Source: a phage
Reading direction: 5' to 3' (one strand)
DNA: 64,000 nucleotides
Sequence record: PZ386965.1
This document shows positions 35,774 through 45,244 of the stretch, in pieces; positions within the stretch are counted from its first letter, which is position 1; every line of letters begins with the position of its first letter. Position numbers and translations under genes: made by a program. The notes below the pieces were generated by a model. The model ran no database searches. It had not been told where the DNA came from and saw nothing but the letters and a program-made list of their open reading frames with translations.

Positions 35774-36308
35774 GGATTAAATTGTTAGTGAAATTAGGAC
35801 TAACAACCATAGTTTCATAAAGCGCATCAATAGCACTTAAAGCATCAACTCTTTTAAGCAAAGGCTTGCCTTCATACATAGTTTCAGAATCGATGATTAA
35901 CGTAAAGTAATATTTTTTATTATCGACTAGAACTTCTGTATCGATATAAAACATATTAGACCTCAGAAGCTTATCTCTAAAACCATAATAATCTTCTGAA
36001 CGTTCGCTGATATATTCCCATTCAGTGTTTAAACAACAAACAGACCATGTAGGAGCAACGAAATCAGTGAATCTAATATCATGGTCTGCAACTAGTTTAG
36101 CAATAGCTCCGATATCATGAATCATAATACCTGGGGCTAATAAAGATTTTCGGCGATTTGCGTATTCAGTTGTCTCATAAGAAGCTGACCAGTACCATTT
36201 ACGTCCAGTTGCAACATATCGTAATGAATCAACTAAAGACGTAGGTGGATTTACCTTATCTCGGAACTCTTCGAACATTGAGTCAATATCATTATTTTGG
36301 TTTCGCAT
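35712..36308 (-). CDS. hypothetical protein with EQFIMECR motif
   Basis: Trimmed to ATG (MRNQNNDIDS) with AGGAG SD; soluble; motif 8 aa from C-terminus. Confidence 0.45.
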   Translation of the reverse strand: MRNQNNDIDSMFEEFRDKVNPPTSLVDSLRYVATGRKWYWSASYETTEYANRRKSLLAPGIMIHDIGAIAKLVADHDIRFTDFVAPTWSVCCLNTEWEYISERSEDYYGFRDKLLRSNMFYIDTEVLVDNKKYYFTLIIDSETMYEGKPLLKRVDALSAIDALYETMVVSPNFTNNLILEQFIMECREYVKANPVHAN

Positions 36309-36326
36309 GTTAACTCCTTTATTATC

Positions 36327-36349
36327 CAAAAGGAGGACCGGAGTCCTCC
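36327..36349 (-). terminator. intrinsic terminator candidate
   Basis: 7-bp stem GGAGGAC/GTCCTCC with 4-nt loop followed by T4 on minus strand, just after stop of 36358..36951. Confidence 0.45.
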
Positions 36350-36357
36350 GTATTATT

Positions 36358-36951
36358 TTATTTCAAAGAGTTAATATATTCTTGTACATCAGCAGAAGTG
36401 GTTTCGACACCGGCTGGAGTACCATTGAACGTTTCAACACGAGTCAGAGTGTCTTCGATATCAACCTTGGTCAGTGCAGCAATTTCGATCACATCATCGG
36501 CCGTAGAGATACCAAGGGCATTGGCTGCTCGAGTTTCGCGGATGTATTCAAGTTTGATTGCCAGATTCTGACGAGCATCGTCAAGTTCAACCACCTTACG
36601 AGCAATTTCAATTCGCATAGCGGCATAACCGTCAGCTTTTGTATTAAGTTGTTCGGCAGTTCGACGATACAGAAGACCAAGCTTAGCATGCATGGTAACA
36701 TCTTGTCCTTCAGCCAGGAGCTTACGAATTTCACGTTCCTTAGAAGCGGCTTGCTTGTTCTTTTCATTAACAAGTTCGCGAATACGTTTTTCTTCATTAA
36801 TAGATTTAACAGAAGCCGTTTTTAGTTCTTTGATTTGGGTAATCAACTTATCTGCGGCTGCGTTATACTGTTCTTCGACAGTCAGATTTTTAGCCATAGC
36901 AGTACCCAGTTTAGTGCGGATGAATTCAACAAGTTTCTTCAGTGTGTTCAT
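36358..36951 (-). CDS. coiled-coil protein
   Basis: Trimmed to ATG ([10 protein letters not shown]); 197 aa, heptad-rich Ala/Glu/Lys/Arg composition. Confidence 0.45.
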   Translation of the reverse strand: MNTLKKLVEFIRTKLGTAMAKNLTVEEQYNAAADKLITQIKELKTASVKSINEEKRIRELVNEKNKQAASKEREIRKLLAEGQDVTMHAKLGLLYRRTAEQLNTKADGYAAMRIEIARKVVELDDARQNLAIKLEYIRETRAANALGISTADDVIEIAALTKVDIEDTLTRVETFNGTPAGVETTSADVQEYINSLK

Positions 36952-36991
36952 ATTATTACCTTTCAATTGGTGGTTTATTATCCATGAGAGC

Positions 36992-37020
36992 ATTATACTC
37001 TGCTCTCAAGAGTTTGTACA
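36992..37020 (-). promoter_or_regulatory. sigma70-type early promoter with hairpin around -10
   Basis: Minus strand TGTACA-N17-TATAAT; GAGAGC/GCTCTC inverted repeat; near-copy of 6502-6530. Confidence 0.45.
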
Positions 37021-37021
37021 C

Positions 37022-37270
37022 TTATTTGTACGAATTAATAATCTCTTCCATTTTATCCAGAACATGGATATCGATTATACGAGGAAGTGCCGAAAGATTA
37101 GAACCGTCGAAAGATTTAAGGTCTTCCAAAATAATATTTTCAATGGCCTTTAAAGCTTCCGCAGATTCTGATGCAGAATTAAATTCAGGAATTTCTCCAA
37201 AAAGACGTAAGAATGAACCAAAGTATTCTGCGGCGATTTCTTTAGCTTGTTCGATATCAGACTTAAACAT
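37022..37270 (-). CDS. hypothetical acidic protein
   Basis: Trimmed to ATG (MFKSDIEQAK) with GAGGA SD; ORF-track start overlaps promoter. Confidence 0.4.
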   Translation of the reverse strand: MFKSDIEQAKEIAAEYFGSFLRLFGEIPEFNSASESAEALKAIENIILEDLKSFDGSNLSALPRIIDIHVLDKMEEIINSYK

Positions 37271-37298
37271 TTTGTTTTCCTCATTTGTTGGTGGAGTA

Positions 37299-37327
37299 AT
37301 CATATCACCATCCTTGGCGTTTGTACA
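37299..37327 (-). promoter_or_regulatory. sigma70-type early promoter (CCAAGGATGG-spacer family)
   Basis: Minus strand TGTACA-N17-TATGAT; spacer contains CGCCAAGGATGG. Confidence 0.4.
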
Positions 37328-37555
37328 TTATTTTTTAATCAAGTTGACATAAAATTCTGCATCTTCAGGGTGCATGCCTTCGCAGTATTCTTCAACCATG
37401 AACTTCTTAACAGCTTCATAAGGACCGCTCAGATTAAGTTCAGTTGTCCAGAACTTGGAATCTTGAACCGAATCGATACGAACTTCAGGGTGTCGGTTGC
37501 GAATAACTTCTTCGGTGTATTCATAATCAACTACATCAATACTAACTTTAGCCAT
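37328..37555 (-). CDS. hypothetical acidic protein
   Basis: 75-aa ORF with ATG. Confidence 0.4.
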   Translation of the reverse strand: MAKVSIDVVDYEYTEEVIRNRHPEVRIDSVQDSKFWTTELNLSGPYEAVKKFMVEEYCEGMHPEDAEFYVNLIKK

Positions 37556-37601
37556 TTTGTTTTCCTCTTGATTTGATGTGATTACTATAACATAAACTTA
37601 C

Positions 37602-37766
37602 TTAGATGTAAATTATTTCAACGTCACCTTTAGCTGCTTTATAACCTTCAGCCCAAGATACAACAGAGTTTTTATCTGAGGATTCAAATTCAGGCATTGG
37701 ACTTTCACCAATATTCACACAGTATGTTTCTTCATTTTCATCGAACCAAATAATTAAAGTAGTCAT
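37602..37766 (-). CDS. small hypothetical protein
   Basis: Trimmed to ATG (MTTLIIWFDENEE) with GAGGAG SD; ORF-track extension overlaps promoter. Confidence 0.4.
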   Translation of the reverse strand: MTTLIIWFDENEETYCVNIGESPMPEFESSDKNSVVSWAEGYKAAKGDVEIIYI

Positions 37767-37796
37767 TTTGTTTACTCCTCTGTAGTTGATAAGTCT

Positions 37797-37825
37797 ATAG
37801 TAACACCGTCCTTGGTGTTTGTACA
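37797..37825 (-). promoter_or_regulatory. sigma70-type early promoter (CCAAGGACGG-spacer family)
   Basis: Minus strand TGTACA-N17-TACTAT; spacer contains CACCAAGGACGG. Confidence 0.45.
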
Positions 37826-37835
37826 TCATTTATTT

Positions 37836-38141
37836 TTAATTTTTCCAACTTAACAACTTGTAGTGTCCTTCATTCGTACGAGGTTTATCCCAAGAAATAC
37901 TAATATATGATTCGCCATCAATAGAAGTCGCCGGGTTTTTCTCTACTGTAAGACCTTCACTTTCCAGCCATTCAATAGTATTTGCGCATAAATCGGAAGA
38001 ACACCTCATCGGAAACTGGCAAGATTTTTCACCTTTAGCTGCAGTGTTATACATCTTTTCTAAAATACGCTTTTGCACGTTTTTAAAAATAGTTTCAGCA
38101 GATTCTTCAGATTTTTTATTCAGTTCAGTGTAAAGACTCAT
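37836..38141 (-). CDS. hypothetical protein
   Basis: 101 aa; ATG with GAGGA SD. Confidence 0.4.
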   Translation of the reverse strand: MSLYTELNKKSEESAETIFKNVQKRILEKMYNTAAKGEKSCQFPMRCSSDLCANTIEWLESEGLTVEKNPATSIDGESYISISWDKPRTNEGHYKLLSWKN

Positions 38142-38169
38142 AACATTTTCCTCATGTTTTGATAGGTCT

Positions 38170-38198
38170 ATAGTAACACATCTATGGAAGAAGTAAAC
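38170..38198 (-). promoter_or_regulatory. sigma70-type early promoter
   Basis: Minus strand GTTTACT-N16-TACTAT; GATAGGTCTATAGTAACAC core shared with 26252 and 19452 elements. Confidence 0.45.
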
Positions 38199-38250
38199 AA
38201 CTTTTTCAGTAAGTTATAGACCCCCTAATGGGGACCGAAGTCCCCATTCT

Positions 38251-38871
38251 TTACTTACGAGTTTTTGCATACTGAGCAGCGTCAGCAGCCAAACGACCTG
38301 CCTGACGAAGTTTTTCTTTAATCTCATCATGAAGTGGTTGAGTATACTTCAAACCTTCGATAGTCAAATAAAGACGATAAAGGTCTGGGGTGTCAAGGTT
38401 GTTGATATGTTGGCCATTACGAAGAATATTGAATTCACGAACGAGTGAAGATGTATCAGATTCAATATCACGAACAAGCGAAGATAGTTGTTTATATTTT
38501 TTTTCCAGGCTAGAAGTATCAAACTTAAGAGCAGGAGCTTTAGGAGCTGCTTTTACTTCCGGCTTAGGCTCAGGTTTTGCTTTAGGGGTCGCAGGTTTAG
38601 GAATGGTAGGAGCAGGTTTTACTTTAGGCGAACCAGATTTAGCAGAAACACCACCACTAACAATATCTTTGAATGCTTTAGAAGCTCTGTAATATTCTTT
38701 TTGGCTGGAAGTGTCGATACCATACATGGCTTGAACGTTTTTGAAAAACTCTGTACTAGTTTTTGTACCAGAAATAGCATCGTAAGCAGCTTGCCATTTC
38801 TCTTTTGTCATGCGTACACCGGCTTCGGTGATTACTTCCGTTTCGGCTAAAAATTCATTAAAAGTATACAT
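38251..38871 (-). CDS. internal-protein-like protein with CTS-like leader (MYTFNEFLAETE) and Pro/Lys-rich linker
   Basis: 206 aa; AAGGA SD; KPAPTIPKPATPKAKPEPKPEVKAAPKAPA low-complexity linker; late promoter 36 nt upstream. Confidence 0.5.
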   Translation of the reverse strand: MYTFNEFLAETEVITEAGVRMTKEKWQAAYDAISGTKTSTEFFKNVQAMYGIDTSSQKEYYRASKAFKDIVSGGVSAKSGSPKVKPAPTIPKPATPKAKPEPKPEVKAAPKAPALKFDTSSLEKKYKQLSSLVRDIESDTSSLVREFNILRNGQHINNLDTPDLYRLYLTIEGLKYTQPLHDEIKEKLRQAGRLAADAAQYAKTRK

Positions 38872-38906
38872 TGATGGTCCTTAGAAAGTAGGTTTATTGT
38901 TTACTA

Positions 38907-38914
38907 TATTTATA
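38907..38914 (-). promoter_or_regulatory. T4-type late promoter (TATAAATA)
   Basis: Exact TATAAATA on minus strand between terminator and the 206-aa CTS gene. Confidence 0.45.
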
Positions 38915-38915
38915 C

Positions 38916-38944
38916 AAAAAAGCCCCAACCTTTCGGAAGGGGCT
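38916..38944 (-). terminator. intrinsic terminator after tRNA/stable-RNA cluster
   Basis: Same AGCCCC...GGGGCT hairpin as 22639-22666, followed by T5-6 on minus strand. Confidence 0.55.
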
Positions 38945-38986
38945 TTATACCTTGTTGGGGTTTCCACCTACTAGGTAAGTGTTTGT

Positions 38987-39078
38987 ACGAAACGCCGGGA
39001 TTTGAACCCGGTTATTAAGTAGTTGACGCTACTCAATATTTTTAAAAGGCCATATCTCGACCATATCCGAACGTTCCG
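38987..39078 (-). ncRNA. tRNA-like stable RNA (perfect 7-bp acceptor stem and T-arm, non-canonical core)
   Basis: 5' CGGAACG pairs with 3' CGTTTCG; T-arm CCGGG-TTCAAAT-CCCGG; D and anticodon arms do not fold canonically; could correspond to T4 species 1/2 RNA. Confidence 0.35.
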
Positions 39079-39246
39079 TCAAAAACGCTACTCGGCTTAC
39101 GGCAAAGATATTTCCTCGAATCGTTAATTAGGTGCGCCGTTTCTGCTGTGATGTAAGGGGATATTAACAAATCGTAAAGATTTATTAAGACCAGTCCTTA
39201 CTCAGGGAACATCAGTCCGACGACTTGCCGGTAGCGACCCGGCTTC

Positions 39247-39591
39247 TTATTTTGGCATATCATCAATTTGCTCTCGACGCCGACGCCATAGATTAATCGC
39301 TTCATAAACACATTCAGCATTTGGTATATGGCGACAATAGTATAGTGATTCGCGTTTCTGGAACCGATGTTGTAATGGAATTTCGTTTAAAAGGTCTTTA
39401 CGGTCAAAGTATTCAAAACTAGTTAACCCGGAACGGTTTTTAAGAAACTTCCAATGTCCGAATTCATTTTTAAAATAAACGTAATCAGCGTGTTGATATA
39501 ACGAATTAATCAACCGGTCGGAAATAACTGTATCTTGTTCGTTAAAATAAAACGTTAAATCATGAACTACTAAGTAAACATTACCTTTCAT
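39247..39591 (-). CDS. hypothetical protein (tRNA-region ORF)
   Basis: Trimmed to ATG (MKGNVYLVVHD) with GAGGAAAA SD; ORF-track extension would overlap tRNA-Arg. Confidence 0.4.
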   Translation of the reverse strand: MKGNVYLVVHDLTFYFNEQDTVISDRLINSLYQHADYVYFKNEFGHWKFLKNRSGLTSFEYFDRKDLLNEIPLQHRFQKRESLYYCRHIPNAECVYEAINLWRRRREQIDDMPK

Positions 39592-39609
39592 ATTTTCCTC
39601 ACTTAAAGT

Positions 39610-39686
<77 letters not shown>

Positions 39687-39692
39687 AATATA

Positions 39693-39766
39693 TGACCCAG
39701 ACCAGATTCGAACTGGTAACCTTTCCCTTATGAGGGGACTGCTGCTAACCATTGAGCTACAGGGCC
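39693..39766 (-). tRNA. tRNA with CAU anticodon (Met or lysidine-type Ile)
   Basis: Manual fold: acceptor 6/7 bp, T-arm ACCAG-UUCGAAU-CUGGU, anticodon loop CUCAUAA; D-stem only 3 bp; no encoded CCA. Confidence 0.6.
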
Positions 39767-39862
39767 TAAATAACTTTCTATTATGAAAGGCACTTGAGGG
39801 AGCACCTTTGGTAATAGAGGGTAGATTAATAATAACACATAATTCTTAAAGCAAATTACGTT

Positions 39863-40153
39863 TTACCGTACCATATTAATGTAGTTATATTCAATGCAAC
39901 GTAATTTCAAAGGGTTCTTGAAAATATCATATTCAAGAGGGCCTGATTCAGTTTCAATAAAGAAATCAAAGTTCACACTATTAAATTTGCGGTCTTCCCA
40001 AAGTAATTTAACCTGTGAAGATGAACGGTCGACGTAAACCTTTTCAACCTCAAAGTTAGTCAGAATACCGTAGTCATCGACTAGTGCTTTAGCTGCACGT
40101 CGGTCACTTTCATATCCATTCTCAACGGATTTTACCTTAGCATAAAGAATCAT
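39863..40153 (-). CDS. hypothetical protein
   Basis: 96-aa ORF with ATG. Confidence 0.4.
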   Translation of the reverse strand: MILYAKVKSVENGYESDRRAAKALVDDYGILTNFEVEKVYVDRSSSQVKLLWEDRKFNSVNFDFFIETESGPLEYDIFKNPLKLRCIEYNYINMVR

Positions 40154-40512
40154 GAATGTTCCACCACTTCGAAGGTATGAGCATCAACAATATGATACCA
40201 GTCAAAATTTTCTTCTGCGTTTTTATAAATTTCGCGAAGAGCATCCACAGTTTTTCCTGTAGCAACAAGGTCGTCAATACCACCAAGAGGATAACAGTCA
40301 TAACCAGCAAACAGAAGGAAATTAATAGTTTCTGTAGGTTCTGGATGCAGTGTACCATTGTCATCGACTACTTCAAAGAACATATAACCAGGCGATTTAG
40401 TTTTAATCCAAGCCCATGCTTGAGCCGCTGAATCAAATGGTCTGCGTATCAAACGACAATCAGTGTCTTTAGAAGGATTTGCTTCAAAATCCGCATATAC
40501 ATGATATTTCAT
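40150..40512 (-). CDS. hypothetical protein
   Basis: 120-aa ORF with ATG; start overlaps upstream stop. Confidence 0.45.
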   Translation of the reverse strand: MKYHVYADFEANPSKDTDCRLIRRPFDSAAQAWAWIKTKSPGYMFFEVVDDNGTLHPEPTETINFLLFAGYDCYPLGGIDDLVATGKTVDALREIYKNAEENFDWYHIVDAHTFEVVEHS

Positions 40513-40719
40513 TTACTCACCTTTTGCAATTTTATCCATAACGATAGCGATTAAGCCGATTAGAAATGCTACTACCAATGAGATAGAATTTTCGGTTGTT
40601 GTCAGTAGTCCGCAAATGAATCCTACAAACATCGAAAAACTAAAAGCCATTGAAGCAATTACTACAGCAACATTACGAATCAGTTCAGCGCGTTTCATTT
40701 TATTTCTCCATTTACTCAT
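40513..40719 (-). CDS. small membrane protein
   Basis: 68 aa; two TM segments. Confidence 0.4.
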   Translation of the reverse strand: MSKWRNKMKRAELIRNVAVVIASMAFSFSMFVGFICGLLTTTENSISLVVAFLIGLIAIVMDKIAKGE

Positions 40720-40735
40720 TTGTTTTGATAGGACT

Positions 40736-40764
40736 ACTATAACATAGTCCTATCGGCATGTAAA
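40736..40764 (-). promoter_or_regulatory. early promoter within 28-bp palindromic promoter-stem-loop element
   Basis: Exact copy of GATAGGACTACTATAACATAGTCCTATC; TTTACA-N17-TATAGT. Confidence 0.5.
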
Positions 40765-40768
40765 CTAC

Positions 40769-41056
40769 TTACAGAAGAGTTTTTGCAATAATTTTAAGTT
40801 GAGCTACAGAAATATGCTTAGCTTTAAACAGTGCGGTCTCTTCAGCCGGAGAGATAACAATAGTAGCGCCATCTTTCTTAGCAGACCATCCATCCCCTAA
40901 GTAAACAGTACCTTTTACTTCTTCGCCGTCAACCAGACTAATCATTGGTTTACCCTCACGGCCTTTGTTTGCTTTAATAACTTCGGAAGTAAGGGTTGCT
41001 TCGGTCAGAGTAGAAACGTTAGCAACAGGTGATATAAATTCTTTATAGGTTTTCAT
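40769..41056 (-). CDS. internal protein I-like (capsid-targeting sequence MKTYKEFI)
   Basis: 95 aa; CTS leader; position between tRNA region and 57B matches T4 ipI. Confidence 0.6.
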   Translation of the reverse strand: MKTYKEFISPVANVSTLTEATLTSEVIKANKGREGKPMISLVDGEEVKGTVYLGDGWSAKKDGATIVISPAEETALFKAKHISVAQLKIIAKTLL

Positions 41057-41090
41057 TTTATTTCCTTGAGGTTGTTTATTTGATAGGATG

Positions 41091-41120
41091 ATAGTAACAC
41101 ACCATCATCCTTATGTAAAC
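41091..41120 (-). promoter_or_regulatory. sigma70-type early promoter with stem-loop
   Basis: Minus strand GTTTACA-N17-TACTAT; GGATGAT/ATCATCC inverted repeat. Confidence 0.45.
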
Positions 41121-41133
41121 CATTTTGTGAAAA

Positions 41134-41819
<686 letters not shown>

Positions 41820-41823
41820 TTTA

Positions 41824-42558
41824 TTACCTTAAGATTGTTTCAATTTTAGAATAAAGCTCTTCTAAAGAGCCGTCGTTTGTAATAACTAAATCGCCTTCTT
41901 CAATAGGCAACCCAGCTTCTGTAATATGTTTATCAGTGGATTCCGTACCAGAGCGAACCACATGAATAACTGTAGCACCCATCGCTCTAGCGGTTTCCAT
42001 TTCATGGACTTGGCGTGTATCGGTTACAACATAGTAATCGAAATCACTTCCAATATAATCCATATAATTTAATGCAAAAAGTTTAACCCAATACATACGG
42101 TCAAATAAATTAACGACAACATCCGTACCGAGGGCTTGCATAAGACGGCGGATTGACCATGTGTCGTTGATATTATTTATAGCTTCACGCAGGGCTTCAT
42201 ATGGTTTAATATCTAGATACGAATATCCACCTTCTAACGATGATAATACTTTAACATTATTAATTGGTAAATATTGACTTTGTAAATAAATTAACGCTTC
42301 TTCCAATAATTCAATAACATCCAACTTATTGAGATTTAATGGCGTTTCACGGTCGTATCCAATGCCTTCAAAGTATTCGTATTTCAACTCTGTGAATACA
42401 TCAGGATTTTCAGCATGCCTACGTCCCCAGGCTATTGCTAGAGCGTCTTTAATCGGATATGCCAATTGGTATTTTACGGATTTAAAGTTTGAATTGATGT
42501 AATCAGCAGTAGTGTCTTTACCACTACGTTTGATGCCGCTTAAAAAGATTAGCTCCAT
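41824..42558 (-). CDS. 1: deoxynucleoside monophosphate kinase gp1
   Basis: 244 aa; P-loop GIKRSGKDT; position and length as T4 gene 1. Confidence 0.9.
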   Translation of the reverse strand: MELIFLSGIKRSGKDTTADYINSNFKSVKYQLAYPIKDALAIAWGRRHAENPDVFTELKYEYFEGIGYDRETPLNLNKLDVIELLEEALIYLQSQYLPINNVKVLSSLEGGYSYLDIKPYEALREAINNINDTWSIRRLMQALGTDVVVNLFDRMYWVKLFALNYMDYIGSDFDYYVVTDTRQVHEMETARAMGATVIHVVRSGTESTDKHITEAGLPIEEGDLVITNDGSLEELYSKIETILR

Positions 42559-42611
42559 AGGTTTTCCTCATATAATTTATGAGTGATTATAACATACGGA
42601 GCTAGAAGCGA

Positions 42612-43196
42612 TTATCGCAAGGAAGGGTGTCTAGAAATGGATTTAGATTCGACTGCTTGACGTGGTTGTTGAGATACAATGACTTCGCCATCCTTTTCTA
42701 TCGTCATATACGCGTAGTGAATAGTTGCTACGCACGTAACGGCAGGGTCAGAGTCTTCAGTGTAACTAAATTCAATTTCACTCAAATCAGAAATCCATGG
42801 TTTATAGAAATTTGCCGTCAAAACTACTTCGGTCTTATTGTTGTTTAAAATGTGCAAAGTAACAAACTCAGGACCATCTGAGTGGGCCGTATTATGTCCG
42901 GTTATATAGTTATTAGTGCTGAGCATCCATTTATACATGTTCATCCAGGACGTCATGTCTTCATCAACTATAAATCGTACAACAAAAGGGTCATATTCAA
43001 ATGTGGTGCCTGCACGCATTGCACGTCCTAACCCCATTGTGCCTGTCACAGTTTCAACAACAGGAATTCTCACACCTGGCAATGGTGCCGTTTGGGCATT
43101 GAGCACAAAACCTGAAGTTCGTGTACTATCCGGGATATCCACAACAAAGTTTGTTATATTTGTTTGGTTAAAAATCTGTCTCGCTGGACGAGTCAT
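42612..43196 (-). CDS. 3: tail completion / sheath stabiliser gp3
   Basis: Trimmed to ATG (MTRPARQ) with GAGGTG SD; gene order 1-3-2-4 as in T4. Confidence 0.75.
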   Translation of the reverse strand: MTRPARQIFNQTNITNFVVDIPDSTRTSGFVLNAQTAPLPGVRIPVVETVTGTMGLGRAMRAGTTFEYDPFVVRFIVDEDMTSWMNMYKWMLSTNNYITGHNTAHSDGPEFVTLHILNNNKTEVVLTANFYKPWISDLSEIEFSYTEDSDPAVTCVATIHYAYMTIEKDGEVIVSQQPRQAVESKSISRHPSLR

Positions 43197-43298
43197 AAGC
43201 ACCTCAAAAACGCTTTAATAAAAATGCAGTATAATGGTTTTAGGTCTCTTCCATTAATCCGGTTCAACAGAATATCAGAAGAACGGAAGAGAATAGAA

Positions 43299-44120
43299 TT
43301 AAGATTTCCAAACAGTATTCGCGGAGAAACGTTTTCCTTTTGACATAAACTGCTGAGTAGGTAACATGATTATGTTAGCCCAGTCTTTAGGAGCTATTTC
43401 TGTTATTGTTCCTCTAATGTGGCCTGGCAGGTATGCTTTAATCATTTTGTCAGCACCTTGAAATCCTTTCACCTTGCTCCAGTCTATCTTCAACTTCGTG
43501 TTATTAGTAATAGTAGTTGTGCTAGCATATTGCTTCAGCAATTCTTCAAGAAACTGTTGTCGTGCTTTAGGTGGGATATAGTGCAAGTTTAACCCATACA
43601 TCAAATTATGTTTACCCAATCCTAAATAAATAATCAAAGGATATCTGTCCCAATACGGCAGAGTATCTTTATGTTTAGCATCATACACGTAAGTATAAAT
43701 TTTGCCTGGCGTAGGCTTGACTACTTTATGACCTTTTACACTTTTCTTAATTGTTTCAACAAACCACTTAGATGATTTGTTGTTTACTGCTGCGCCTTCA
43801 TTTCTAATCTTTTCTCGTATTGAACTGCGAAACGAGTTTATCATCAGAAGTTGACGTTCTTGCTTATTAAGTTTATTTTTAGGTTTAGATTCAAGCGTTT
43901 CAATTTTCTGTGCAGTCTTAATAGATGATGCATATCTAGACATTGCAGATGTAAACGACGAGTATTTTATTCCTTTTGATTCTGCAAATGCTTTTGCAGT
44001 GATTCCTTTCTCTTTAGCTTTCTTGTATTCTAATCCTATCTCAATCCATTTTCTTTCATTCATAGACTGAGCAATCTTAGGGGCTTGTACGCCTTCAGAT
44101 ATAATTTGGAATATGCTCAT
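43299..44120 (-). CDS. 2: DNA end-protector protein gp2
   Basis: 273 aa; length and position as T4 gp2. Confidence 0.8.
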   Translation of the reverse strand: MSIFQIISEGVQAPKIAQSMNERKWIEIGLEYKKAKEKGITAKAFAESKGIKYSSFTSAMSRYASSIKTAQKIETLESKPKNKLNKQERQLLMINSFRSSIREKIRNEGAAVNNKSSKWFVETIKKSVKGHKVVKPTPGKIYTYVYDAKHKDTLPYWDRYPLIIYLGLGKHNLMYGLNLHYIPPKARQQFLEELLKQYASTTTITNNTKLKIDWSKVKGFQGADKMIKAYLPGHIRGTITEIAPKDWANIIMLPTQQFMSKGKRFSANTVWKS

Positions 44121-44767
44121 TCAACTTTCCTCATTTTACAATTATCACCATGCCAACGTTTATAAGGCGCAGGTTTACATTCTATACCGCAGTATTGGCA
44201 TATCTTATTAGGAGTATTTAAGTATCCTAATCTCATGTTTTCCTTTTCTTCAGGAGTTCTATTTCGTCCCGTAAGAGTATTTTTTATTTTGTCTCTAATC
44301 TCTTTAGGCATTATCCTGCCTCGGCCTGCTTTACCTATTTTAGCTTTATGCTCTTCGGATAATTTCTTACCCTTCTTAGCTAAACTCATTTTCTTTTTAG
44401 ATTCTTCGGAAATAGGACCTAATTTTCTACCTCTGGATGAATCGCCTATTCTTTTTCGCACATCAATAGAACGGCCTCGTCCTCCCTTTCCTCCTAGGTC
44501 TATATTATATGTATCTTCTCTATCCACAAAAGATTGATCAACTAATTCTGCTTCCTTTTGGAAAGCCATTTCTTCATTTAGTAATTCGTCACCGGTATCA
44601 TACACATATAATACTTCTTTTACAAAATTATCTAATCCGTATTTAGCATGGGCTTTTAAGATAATTTTACCTGTTCCTTTATAAGAATCATCCGGGTTAT
44701 TAGTTTTATGAACACCTATATAAATTTTATTATTTACGATGTTAGTTATTTTATATACAGTATACAT
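44117..44767 (-). CDS. GIY-YIG homing endonuclease (seg-like) with C-terminal zinc-finger module
   Basis: 216 aa; N-terminal [16 protein letters not shown] (GIY...YIG) with conserved R and E; C-terminal CQYCG...KRWHGDNCK module shared with the HNH gene at 127-843; wedged between genes 2 and 4 with overlapping stops and starts. Confidence 0.75.
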   Translation of the reverse strand: MYTVYKITNIVNNKIYIGVHKTNNPDDSYKGTGKIILKAHAKYGLDNFVKEVLYVYDTGDELLNEEMAFQKEAELVDQSFVDREDTYNIDLGGKGGRGRSIDVRKRIGDSSRGRKLGPISEESKKKMSLAKKGKKLSEEHKAKIGKAGRGRIMPKEIRDKIKNTLTGRNRTPEEKENMRLGYLNTPNKICQYCGIECKPAPYKRWHGDNCKMRKVE

Positions 44768-44768
44768 A

Positions 44769-45218
44769 TCATCCCTTATATCCTAAACGACGTAAACCGT
44801 CTTCTGTGAGAATTCTGAATTTAATATTTCTTTTAGCCGCTAATGCTGACGCAGCTTTCCATTTGTCGCAGTTCACAGACCACACGTAGATCTCGTTCAT
44901 ATAACGTTTCTTTGCTGCAGTAGTAAGATTTGCAGGCTTAATAGGCGGTTGAGTTTCTTTCTTTGGTTTTATTTCTACAAAAAACTCTTGACCTGATGCA
45001 TCTTTCATCCATATGTCCATATAGTATCGACGTTTCTTACCTTCTGCGTTACAGAAATATGGAATTACTGCTGTTTCACTACCCCATGCAATAATTTCTG
45101 GATTTTTATCTAACCATTCGAAAAAGAATTTTTCCCAGTTTGAACGATACGTTATTTTGGTATGGTCTCCACGGTATTTTTTTAAATTTTTCGGGACCCA
45201 TTTACCAGAGTAGGCCAT
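44769..45218 (-). CDS. 4: head completion protein gp4
   Basis: 149 aa from MAYSGKWVPKNLKKYRGD with AAGGAGG SD; ORF-track N-terminal extension rejected. Confidence 0.85.
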   Translation of the reverse strand: MAYSGKWVPKNLKKYRGDHTKITYRSNWEKFFFEWLDKNPEIIAWGSETAVIPYFCNAEGKKRRYYMDIWMKDASGQEFFVEIKPKKETQPPIKPANLTTAAKKRYMNEIYVWSVNCDKWKAASALAAKRNIKFRILTEDGLRRLGYKG

Positions 45219-45229
45219 GTTGTCCTCCT

Positions 45230-45237
45230 TATAAATA
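45230..45237 (+). promoter_or_regulatory. T4-type late promoter (TATAAATA) for gene 53 operon
   Basis: Exact TATAAATA on plus strand 43 nt upstream of gene 53 start. Confidence 0.5.
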
Positions 45238-45244
45238 GTATTAT

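Noticed and set aside
36358-36951. PspA/IM30-like assignment for the 197-aa coiled-coil protein
   Set aside because: Similarity is only compositional (heptad-rich helices of similar length); not supportable without HHpred
38987-39078. Calling the tRNA-like element a canonical class II tRNA (Ser/Leu)
   Set aside because: Acceptor stem and T-arm are perfect but I could not fold a D-arm or a 7-nt anticodon loop; reported only as tRNA-like ncRNA
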